From Nemertoderma westbladi (Eukaryota; Animalia; Xenacoelomorpha): DNA of 64,000 nucleotides. The translations under genes were made by a program, and so were the position numbers. The stretch lies in contig JAUCBJ010008984.1 in NCBI GenBank assembly GCA_032718475.1, positions 1 to 64,000 on the forward strand, written 5' to 3'. Shown here piece by piece: positions 39,476-50,600 of this stretch (positions are counted from its first letter, which is position 1; every line of letters starts with the position of its first letter). A model generated the notes under the pieces. That model did no database searches, was not told where the DNA came from, and was given only the letters and a program-made list of their open reading frames with translations.

Positions 39476-40680
39476 GCGGATTCAATTCCACTTCATTACC
39501 CACCAGAAAATGGGACCAGTGGCATTTTAGCAATATGTTGGGGATACGAGATTACCAATATTAATCTCGTCTCATAACCAACATTGGGGGGGGGGGGGGG
39601 GGGGGGCGACACAAGCCCCAAAGCCACAGAGAGAGGTGGGAGGTAAAACCACCTCGGAGGGAGAACACAGCTAGTAAAGGCTAGCGGCGGGGGGAAACAC
39701 TCACAGGGAGTGCCAAAGTGACAATTAGTATATTAGCCAATAGTTGGGAGGGAAGCACGTGATTAGAGATAAGAAAGCATCTATTGGGTACAGAGGGCCA
39801 AAGTAAAGTAAGAGGTGAAATCAATATTCATGTGTGTTAATCATATATTATCCTACATTACTGATTTACCGGTCAGTTGATTCAGTTACTCAGTCAGTGC
39901 AGACCGGTCATAGTTAATGACCGTCACCGCCATTAACAATTAACCTGTTTGCATCATGTAACATCTGCTATTACATCTGTATCACTACCGACGTGCTATT
40001 ATCATCTGCGTTATCAATATTGAGAAACAACAAAACTCTTATTGTTTTCCCCAACGGCCTTCGGCCAAAGCAACTAGCACGACTGCCCCGCAGAACGGTA
40101 AGAAAATAAGAGATAGTAAGAAAATAAAGGGTATGTAGAGGAGTTGAAACAGAGACCTGTCACTGATCTCTGGATTCTCCGGGCAATTTTTTGGTCTCTG
40201 GATAGGTCTCTGGTTCCCGGGTATTGAAAACAGACATTTTACCCAGAGATCAGAGAAATAGATATTTAAAAATAGATCCTGTACAACACAAAATGTGAAA
40301 TGAAGATTATTTTTCACAAATTTTTTACAATTAATTATTTCTTTAAGTTTAACTATTTTTCATACACCACTTCAACACAATTATACATTCACTTTTACAC
40401 TATTTCTAATAAATGTACCTATAATCTTCTATTTAATTAATTTAAGGTGCGTTTAATTTTAAGTTAAATTAGCACCCAAAGATGGTTCTTATTTAAGCAT
40501 AAGGGCGCTTAATTTGAGCACTCATAATGTTTAAAAGTGAAAGAAAGGGCTGATCTCCATTCAATTTGTTATAGGATAGATAATATGACGACCAAATGGA
40601 GAGAACGAGCGTAACGAGGCTTGTAAATGGGGCGAGTAGAGTACTATACCTGTGCACTAAGTATTCGTAAATGACTAAGG

Positions 40681-40940
40681 GTTCCACCTTGGTGTAGTGG
40701 TTGCATTGAATTCACATCTCCTGTAGGTCGTGGGTTCGATCCTCACATGGGCCAGGGCAGTTTTCGTTTCGGCACGAATGCTTTAAAGGGACCAGCCAGG
40801 GCGCATCTCTGCCTTGCATCCTTAAGTGGTAGCTAAATGAGTACTGGAGTTTCCTCTGGGGAGTAAAGTTCTGGGGGGACCGCACTGGAAATAAGTCGTC
40901 AGACTTTGTGCGTAATCCCTGGCCTAGCGGCCGAAGAAAA
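40681..40940 (+). mobile_element. tRNA-derived SINE with Nin/Deu-like central domain
   Basis: Pol III A box TGGTGTAGTGG and B box GGTTCGATCC, then CTCTGCCTTGCATCCTTAAGTGGTAGCTAAATGAGTAC resembling the Nin-domain consensus. No complete cloverleaf. Confidence 0.72.
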
Positions 40941-41609
40941 TTTACTTTTTTTTACTTTTTTAAGTTTATAGTATATTGAAATGTATATAATTTGAACAAT
41001 TGTAAAATAAGTGCCTTTAATTAACAAAGTACCGGTACCTATGGGGCAAAACAAATTAATGTAACATATTATTAACAATAACAAAATAAGAACGAATTAA
41101 TAAACAAATAACCAAATTAATATTATTTAAGCCCCCCAAACTGTACGTGCGCTTATTTTCTTACAATGGGTAAGGGTTGAAATGGGTTGGATTTACTGTA
41201 ATTCAGCCATAGAAAAATAGTTCTCAGTCTGTATGTGTACCTGTTTGTGCTATAGGGGTCTAATCAAATTGTAAGTATAAAAATAAGGCAGTGATTTTTT
41301 ATGTCAATTTATTTAACTTTTTTTGTCACTTTTTTTTTACGAATTATGCATTATGACTTTTGTTGTCCATTTAATGACTTTTATTGTCACTTTTTATGTA
41401 TGTATTTCTTCAAACTGTCAGACTGCTGATTTCTGGACTGTCAGACAGTTGATTTCACTATGCCTGTGCCAAAACATTCCATGATTCCATGATTTATAGA
41501 CTATGAGATAGATTTCCATATGCGCCTGTGGTAAAAAGACACTCTATATTTAATAGTTTGTGGTTGTTGTCGATAATCGATTACCACATGACGTAGCAAA
41601 ACACTCATT

Positions 41610-42208
41610 TTATAGCCAAAAACAATTACCAATTGATGGAAAGGAGCAGGTTAAGGCCGAGTTTTCTAACCAAAACAATAAACAGTCACTTTACCAAATC
41701 AGGGAAAGGAGCAGGTTACAGAGACGGGATTTTCTAACCAAAACAATAAACGATCATTTAACTAATTGAGGGAAAGGAGCAGGTTACAGAGACGGGATTT
41801 TCTAACCAAAACAATAAACGATAACATTACCAATTGAGAGAAAGGAGCAGGTTACAGAGGCGGGATTTTCTAACCAAAACAATAAACGATAACATTACCA
41901 ATTGAGGGAAAGGAGCAGGTTACAGAGGCGGGATTTCCTAACCAAAACAATAAACGATCACTTAAACTAATTGAGGGAAAGGAGCAGGTTACAGAGGCGG
42001 GATTTTCTAACCAAAACAATAAACAGTCACTTTACCAAATCAGGGAAAGGAGCAGGTTACAGAGACGGGATTTTCTAACCAAAACAATAAACGATCATTT
42101 AACTAATTGAGGGAAAGGAGCAGGTTACAGAGACGGGATTTTCTAACCAAAACAATAAACGATCATTTAACTAATTGAGGGAAAGGGGCAGGTTACAGAG
42201 GCGGGCCT
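41610..42208. repeat. ~68-bp tandem repeat, ~8-9 copies (GAGGGAAAGGAGCAGGTTACAGAGRCGGGATTTTCTAACCAAAACAATAAACG...)
   Basis: Directly visible; related single copies occur elsewhere in the window. Confidence 0.9.
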
Positions 42209-43289
42209 TCTGTGCTGTTGGAAGTAGTGGAGCCGCTATCCGTAACACTCAGACAGTAGTCATGATCCATTATTGATTATAAAACTAATACAGTAAGGCC
42301 TAAATTATGTGAAAGGTATATCCACGTTTTCCACAATCCTGCAATCCAGTTTCGCCTATCAATTATTTAAAATTTATTAGCACAACCGGTAGGCCTACCA
42401 TTACCGTATTTAAATGGTAGGCTACACAGTAGGCCTATAGCAGTACCAGTGCCGGTACCGGTACTAAAATACAGAAATACCTGCTTTATACCTACATCTG
42501 TACATACAATACAGCAAAATAGTGCTATATATATACTGACTGGTACTGATAGCCTGAGAGAACAGCAGTAGAGAAACCGGTAGCATGGAACCTAACATTA
42601 GACTTTTGGATGACATAAAAAATAAAAAAAAATTGACAAAAAAAGGATAAAAATGGACAATAAAAATTATTGCGTAAAAATAATTAAAGTCTCTGATCTC
42701 CGGCTCTGGTCTCCGGTATTTTTCAAAATAATTATCCGGGTAGGGCTCTGGTTTACCGGGATTAAGAAAAACAGGTCTCTGTTTCAACTCTAGCATGTAG
42801 GCATACCATAGCAGTAGTAGGGTACATAGTAAGAAGGAAGTAGAAAGGTAGATAGGATAATAGCACAGACAGGGGGGAACATAAGAAAAATAAAATAAGA
42901 CTACAGAAAAATTGGCACTTTGGGGGTGGTAGAGAACACTAGGACATTGTGAAGCAGTGGCGATGGGCCAGCTCATGGGCCTTGTCTGCCACACGCCGAT
43001 GGACTGGGGCAAGTTCCGGGAGGAACACGGAGCAGGCACAGGACATTGTGAAGCAGTGGCGATGGGCCAGCTCATGGGGCTTGTCTGCCACAAGCGGATG
43101 GACTGGGGTAAGTTCCGGGAGGAGTACGGAGCGGAATTGGCGAACTCACTGAAATGGGGAGCGAGACCAGGGAAACAGGAGGTGTATCAGTTCCGAAGAG
43201 GAGCGATAAAGATATATCAGAAGAGATATATCCTATAGGAGGACTGGATAATGATAGGTTCACTAAACCTATTCATTGTCGTGGTTATC

Positions 43290-43918
43290 GGAAGAGAGCC
43301 GACGGCGTTTCTGCTAAACTGGATAGAATTAAATCAATGTTTATAAAACGTATGCTCTGTTTACATAAATCCGCCTCCGCAACTTTAGCACTACACTGGG
43401 TTAATGAAAAGACTTTCATTGAAGATATAATCGAAAAATCCCCAAACTCTCTAGACACCGAAATTCTAGAACAATACAAAGAATTCAGACGACTGCGTGA
43501 ACTGAACTTTGAAGTGCAGAAGTATCGTAACGGTCCAGCGTTCGAATCTCTTATCTTGGAAATTAACCAAACAGAATAACCGTCATGTAGTAACCAGGGC
43601 AACAGCACATGGATTCCACCACAAACTGTGTGTTAACACCCAGCTCTTTCATGATCTAGACTCGACCTGTATCTGTCGATTCTGTTATCAACCCTGCTCT
43701 TATCGGTATCACTGTCTAGAATGTCCGTTGGCCCCAAAATGGTCGCAGCTTGCATCTAGTTAAACTCCCACCATATTAATTAATAGTCGATACCCTCCTA
43801 GCGAGCTCCTATTCTAATTCTTTTTGTGCTATTTATATATGTTGTTAATGTTAATTGTTAACCAATAATTATTATTAATATAGATTTACCGGACCGGAGG
43901 TGTATAAGAAAAAAAAAA
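43290..43918 (+). mobile_element. 3' fragment of a non-LTR retrotransposon (C-terminal Cys/His region), frameshifted
   Basis: LDRIKSMFIKRMLCLHK...(frameshift)...RHVVTRATAHGFHHKLC...CICRFC....RYHCLECP, followed by an AT-rich 3' region ending in an A-run near 43908-43918. Confidence 0.6.
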
Positions 43919-43919
43919 G

Positions 43920-44340
43920 TTAAGTCTAACACTATTTAAATTTAACCCTAGTTAAATCTAACTAGTTAAATCTAGCCCTATTTAAACACAGCCCTAGTTA
44001 AATCTAGCCCTAGTTAAATTTAGCCGTAGTTACATCTAACCCTTGCTAAATCTAGACCTAGTTCAATTTTTCCCTAGTTAAATCTAACCCTATTTAAATA
44101 CAGCCGTAGTTAAATCTTTTCCTAGTTAAATCTAGCCGTAGTTAAATGTAGCCAAAGTTAATTATATTCCTAGTTAAATCTAACCCTAGTTAAATCTAGC
44201 CCTTAGTTAAATCGTTCCCTGTTTTTGAAGTTAAATATATTCCCATTAAAATCTATTCCTAGTTAAATCTTTTCCTAGTTAAATCTTTTCCTAGTTAAAT
44301 CTTTTCCTAGTTAAATATATTCCTAGTTAAATCTAGCCCA
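43920..44340. repeat. Degenerate 16-bp minisatellite, right part
   Basis: Same unit as 38921-39302. Confidence 0.85.
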
Positions 44341-44382
44341 CGTTTATATTTTCAAATGAAATATTTTGGTATTTTTTTGTAG

Positions 44383-44638
44383 AAAAGCCGGGAAAACGAC
44401 TTCTATAGCCAATGCGATTAGGGAGAGAGAGGAATTAATGAAGAGGAGGGAAGATGAGAGATTACAGAGGTTTACCGAAGCCGAAGAGAGAAAACGTTTA
44501 AAAAAAGAAAGAGAAACATTACAGAGAGAAACTTACAGGAAGCTTAGTAGAAAAACATCTAAAGGCCAACCCGTTATGAAATACCAAATGGAGAATATTC
44601 TTGAGAAAATACAGCGAAGTATGGGGAAAAATACATAA
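44383..44638 (+). CDS. CCDC59: Terminal exon of a CCDC59/TAP26/Fyv7-family rRNA-processing coiled-coil protein (~164 aa in total)
   Basis: Acceptor TTTTTTTGTAG|. Charged coiled coil followed by YRKLSRKTSKGQPVMKYQMENILEKIQ, the family's C-terminal KT.KGQP.M...M..LL.KI signature. Confidence 0.85.
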
Positions 44639-47600
44639 AGGTCAAGTAGGTAACGGGAAAATACATAAAGGTCAAATAGGTAACGGGAAAATACAGCGAA
44701 GTTTGGTGGAAAATACATAAAGGTCAAATAGGTAACGGGAAAATACAGCGAAGTTTGGGGGAAAATACATAAAGGTCAAATAGGTAACGGGAAAATACAG
44801 CGAAGTTTGGGGGAAAATACATAAAGGTCAAATAGGTAACGGGAAAATACAGCGAAGTTTGGTGGAAAATACATAAAGGTCAAATAGGTAACGGGAAAAT
44901 ACAGCGAGGTTTGGGGGAAAATACATAAAGGTCAAATAGGTAACGGGAAAATACAGCGAAGTTTGGTGGAAAATACATAAAGGTCAAATAGGTAACGGGA
45001 AAATACAGCGAAGTTTGGGGGAAAATACATAAAGGTCAAATAGGTAACGGGAAAATACAGCGAAGTTTGGTGGAAAATACATAAAGGTCAAGTATAGGTA
45101 ACGGGAAAATACAGCGAAGTTTGGTGGAAAAATAAATAAAGGTCAAATAGGTAACGGGAAAATACAGCGAAGTTTGGTGGAAAATACATAAAGGTCAAAT
45201 AGGTAACGGGAAAATACAGCGAAGTTTGGTGGAAAATACATAAAGGTCAAATAGGTAACGGGAAAAAACAGCGAAGTTTGGTGGAAAATACATAAAGGTC
45301 AAATAGGTAACGGGAAAATAGAGCGAAGTTTGGTGGAAAATACATAAAGGTAAAATAGGTAACGGGAAAAAACAGCGAAGTTTGGTGGAAAATAAATAAA
45401 GGTCAAATAGGTAACGGGAAAATACAGCGAAGTTTGGTGGAAAATACATAAAGGTCAAATAGGTAACGGGAAAATACAGCGAAGTTTGGTGGAAAATACA
45501 TAAAGGTCAAATAGGTAACGGGAAAATACAGCGAAGGTTGGTGGAAAATACATAAAGGTCAAATAGGTAACGGGAAAATACAGCGAAGTTTGGTGGAAAA
45601 TACATAAAGGTCAAATAGGTAACGGGAAAATACAGCGAAGTTTGGGGGAAAATACATAAAGGTCAAATAGGTAACGGGAAAATAAAGCGAAGTTTGGTGG
45701 AAAATACATAAAGGTCAAATAGGTAACGGGAAAATACAGCGAAGGTTGGGGGAAAATACATAAAGGTCAAATAGGTAACGGGAAAATACAGCGAAGGTTG
45801 GGGGAAAATACATAAAGGTCAAATAGGTAACGGGAAAATACAGCGAAGTTTGGTGGAAAATACATAAAGGTCAAATAGGTAACGGGAAAATACAGCGAAG
45901 TTTGGTGGAAAATACATAAAGGTCAAATAGGTAACGGGAAAATACAGCGAAGTTTGGGGGAAAATACATAAAGGTCAAATAGGTAACGGGAAAATACAGC
46001 GAAGGTTGGGGGAAAATACATAAAGGTCAAATAGGTAACGGGAAAATACAGCGAAGGTTGGGGGAAAATACATAAAGGTCAAATAGGTAACGGGAAAATA
46101 CAGCGAAGTTTGGGGGAAAATACATAAAGGTCAAGTAGGTAACGGGAAAATACAGCGAAGTTTGGGGGAAAATACATAAAGGTCAAATAGGTAACGGGAA
46201 AATACAGCGAAGTTTGGTGGAAAATAAATAAAGGTCAAATAGGTAACGGGAAAATACAGCGAAGTTTGGTGGAAAATACATAAAGGTAAAATAGGTAACG
46301 GGAAAAAACAGCGAAGTTTGGTGGAAAATAAATAAAGGTCAAATAGGTAACGGGAAAATACAGCGAAGTTTGGTGGAAAATACATAAAGGTAAAATAGGT
46401 AACGGGAAAATACAGCGAAGTTTGGTGGAAAATACATAAAGGTCAAATAGGTAACGGGAAAAAACAGCGAAGTTTGGTGGAAAATAAATAAAGGTCAAAT
46501 AGGTAACGGGAAAATACAGCGAAGTTTGGTGGAAAATACATAAAGGTAAAATAGGTAACGGGAAAATACAGCGAAGTTTGGTGGAAAATACATAAAGGTC
46601 AAATAGGTAACGGGAAAATACAGCGAAGTTTGGTGGAAAATACATAAAGGTCAAATAGGTAACGGGAAAATACAGCGAAGTTTGGTGGAAAATACATAAA
46701 GGTAAAATAGGTAACGGGAAAATACAGCGAAGTTTGGTGGAAAATACATAAAGGTCAAATAGGTAACGGGAAAATACAGCGAAGTTTGGTGGAAAATAAA
46801 TAAAGGTCAAATAGGTAACGGGAAAATACAGCGAAGTTTGGTGGAAAATACATAAAGGTAAAATAGGTAACGGGAAAATACAGCGAAGTTTGGTGGAAAA
46901 TACATAAAGGTCAAATAGGTAACGGGAAAAAACAGCGAAGTTTGGTGGAAAATAAATAAAGGTCAAATAGGTAACGGGAAAATACAGCGAAGTTTGGTGG
47001 AAAATACATAAAGGTAAAATAGGTAACGGGAAAATACAGCGAAGTTTGGTGGAAAATACATAAAGGTCAAATAGGTAACGGGAAAATACAGCGAAGTTTG
47101 GTGGAAAATACATAAAGGTCAAATAGGTAACGGGAAAATACAGCGAAGTTTGGGGGAAAATACATAAAGGTCAAATAGGTAACGGGAAAATACAGCGAAG
47201 TTTGGTGGAAAATACATAAAGGTCAAATAGGTAACGGGAAAATACAGCGAAGTTTGGTGGAAAATACATAAAGGTCAAATAGGTAACGGGAAAATACAGC
47301 GAAGTTTGGTGGAAAATACATAAAGGTCAAATAGGTAACGGGAAAATACAGCGAAGGTTGGTGGAAAATACATAAAGGTCAAATAGGTAACGGGAAAATA
47401 CAGCGAAGTTTGGGGAAAAATACATAAAGGTCAAATAGGTAACGGGAAAATACAGCGAAGTTTGGTGGAAAATACATAAAGGTCAAATAGGTAACGGGAA
47501 AATACAGCGAAGGTTGGTGGAAAATACATAAAGGTCAAATAGGTAACGGGAAAATACAGCGAAGTTTGGGGAAAAATACATAAAGGTCAAATAGGTAACG

Positions 47601-50600
47601 GGAAAATACAGCGAAGTTTGGGGGAAAATACATAAAGGTCAAATAGGTAACGGGAAAATACAGCGAAGTTTGGTGGAAAATACATAAAGGTCAAATAGGT
47701 AACGGGAAAATACAGCGAAGTTTGGTGGAAAATAAATTAAGGTCAAATAGGTAACGGGAAAATACAGCGAAGTTTGGGGGAAAATACATAAAGGTCAAAT
47801 AGGTAACGGGAAAATACAGCGAAGTTTGGTGGAAAATACATAAAGGTCAAATAGGTAACGGGAAAATACAGCGAAGTTTGGTGGAAAATACATAAAGGTC
47901 AAATAGGTAACGGGAAAAAACTGCGAAGTTTGGTGGAAAATACATAAAGGTCAAATAGGTAACGGGAAAATACAGCGAAGTTTGGTGGAAAATACATAAA
48001 GGTCAAATAGGTAACGGGAAAATACAGCGAAGTTTGGTGGAAAATACATAAAGGTCAAATAGGTAACGGGAAAATACAGCGAAGTTTGGTGGAAAATACA
48101 TAAAGGTCAAATAGGTAACGGGAAAATACAGCGAAGTTTGGTGGAAAATACATAAAGGTCAAATAGGTAACGGGAAAATACAGCGAAGTTTGGTGGAAAA
48201 TACATAAAGGTCAAATAGGTAACGGGAAAATACAGCGAAGTTTGGTGGAAAATACATAAAGGTCAAATAGGTAACGGGAAAATACAGCGAAGTTTGGTGG
48301 AAAATACATAAAGGTCAAATAGGTAACGGGAAAATACAGCGAAGTTTGGTGGAAAATACATAAAGGTCAAATAGGTAACGGGAAAATACAACGAAGTTTG
48401 GTGGAAAGTACATAAAGGTCAAATAGGTAACGGGAAAATACAGCGAAGTTTGGTGGAAAATACATAAAGGTCAAATAGGTAACGGGAAAATACAGCGAAG
48501 TTTGGTGGAAAATACATAAAGGTCAAATAGGTAACGGGAAAAACAGCGAAGTTTGGTGGAAAATACATAAAGGTCAAATAGGTAACGGGAAAATACAGCG
48601 AAGTTTGGTGGAAAATACATAAAGGTCAAATAGGTAACGGGAAAATACAACGAAGTTTGGTGGAAAATACATAAAGGTCAAATAGGTAACGGGAAAATAC
48701 AGCGAAGTTTGGTGGAAAATACATAAAGGTCAAATAGGTAACGGGAAAATACAGCGAAGTTTGGTGGAAAATACATAAAGGTCAAATAGGTAACGGGAAA
48801 AAACAGCGAAGTTTGGTGGAAAATACATAAAGGTCAAATAGGTAACGGGAAAATACAGCGAAGTTTGGTGGAAAATACATAAAGGTCAAATAGGTAACGG
48901 GAAAATACAGCGAAGTTTGGTGGAAAATACATAAAGGTCAAATAGGTAACGGGAAAATACAGCGAAGTTTGGTGGAAAATACATAAAGGTCAAGTAGGTA
49001 ACGGGAAAATACAGCGAAGTTTGGTGGAAAATACATAAAGGTCAAATAGGTAACGGGAAAAAACAGCGAAGTTTGGTGGAAAATACATAAAGGTCAAATA
49101 GGTAACGGGAAAATACAGCGAAGTTTGGGGAAAAATATATAAAGGTCAAATAGGTAACGGGAAAATACAGCGAAGTTTGGTGGAAAATACATATAGGTCA
49201 AATAGGTAACGGGAAAATACAGCGAAGTTTGGTGGAAAATACATAAAGGTCAAATAGGTAACGGGAAAAAACAGCGAAGTTTGGTGGAAAATACATAAAG
49301 GTCAAATAGGTAACGGGAAAAAACAGCGAAGTTTGGGGAAAATACATAAAGGTCAAATAGGTAACGGGAAAATACAGCGAAGTTTGGTGGAAAATACATA
49401 AAGGTCAAATAGGTAACGGGAAAATACAGCGAAGTTTGGTGGAAAATACATAGAGGTCAAATAGGTAACGGGAAAATAAAGCGAAGTTTGGTGGAAAATA
49501 CATAAAGGTAAAATAGGTAACGGGAAAATACAGCGAAGTTTGGTGGAAAATACATAAAGGTCAAATAGGTAACGGGAAAATACAGCGAAGTTTGGTGGAA
49601 AATACATAAAGGTCAAATAGGTAACGGGAAAATACAGCGAAGTTTGGTGGAAAATACATAAAGGTCAAATAGGTAACGGGAAAATACAGCGAAGTTTGGT
49701 GGAAAATACATAAAGGTCAAATAGGTAACGGGAAAATACAGCGAAGTTTGGTGGAAAATACATAAAGGTCAAATAGGTAACGGGAAAATACAGCGAAGTT
49801 TGGTGGAAAATACATAAAGGTCAAATAGGTAACGGGAAAATACAGCGAAATTTGGTGGAAAATACATAAAGGTCAAATAGGTAACGGGAAAATAAAGCGA
49901 AGTTTGGTGGAAAATACATAAAGGTAAAATAGGTAACGGGAAAAAACAGCGAAGTTTGGTGGAAAATACATAAAGGTCAAATAGGTAACGGGAAAATACA
50001 GCGAAGTTTGGTGGAAAATACATAAAGGTCAAATAGGTAACGGGAAAATAAAGCGAAGTTTGGTGGAAAATACATAAAGGTAAAATAGGTAACGGGAAAA
50101 AACAGCGAAGTTTGGTGGAAAATACATAAAGGTCAAATAGGTAACGGGAAAATACAGCGAAGTTTGGTGGAAAATACATAAAGGTCAAATAGGTAACGGG
50201 AAAAAACAGCGAAGTTTGGTGGAAAATACATAAAGGTCAAATAGGTAACGGGAAAATACAGCGAAGTTTGGTGGAAAATACATAAAGGTCAAATAGGTAA
50301 CGGGAAAATACAGCGAAGTTTGGTGGAAAATACATAAAGGTCAAATAGGTAACGGGAAAATACAGCGAAGTTTGGTGGAAAATACATAAAGGTAAAATAG
50401 GTAACGGGAAAATACAGCGAAGTTTGGTGGAAAATACATAAAGGTAAAATAGGTAACGGGAAAAAACAGCGAAGTTTGGTGGAAAATACATAAAGGTCAA
50501 ATAGGTAACGGGAAAAAACAGCGAAGTTTGGTGGAAAATACATAAAGGTCAAATAGGTAACGGGAAAATACAGCGAAGTTTGGTGGAAAATACATAAAGG

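Larger units (their letters stand above)
40139..42792. mobile_element. Older non-autonomous hAT-type element carrying a SINE and a 68-bp array
   Basis: Inverted ends GAGTTGAAACAGAGACCTGT (40141) / ACAGGTCTCTGTTTCAACTCTA (to 42792). Near-identical 8-bp TSD GTATGTAG / GCATGTAG. Confidence 0.75.

Noticed and set aside
40683-40760. tRNA gene
   Set aside because: A and B boxes are present but the stems do not form a cloverleaf, and the sequence continues into a SINE-like body.
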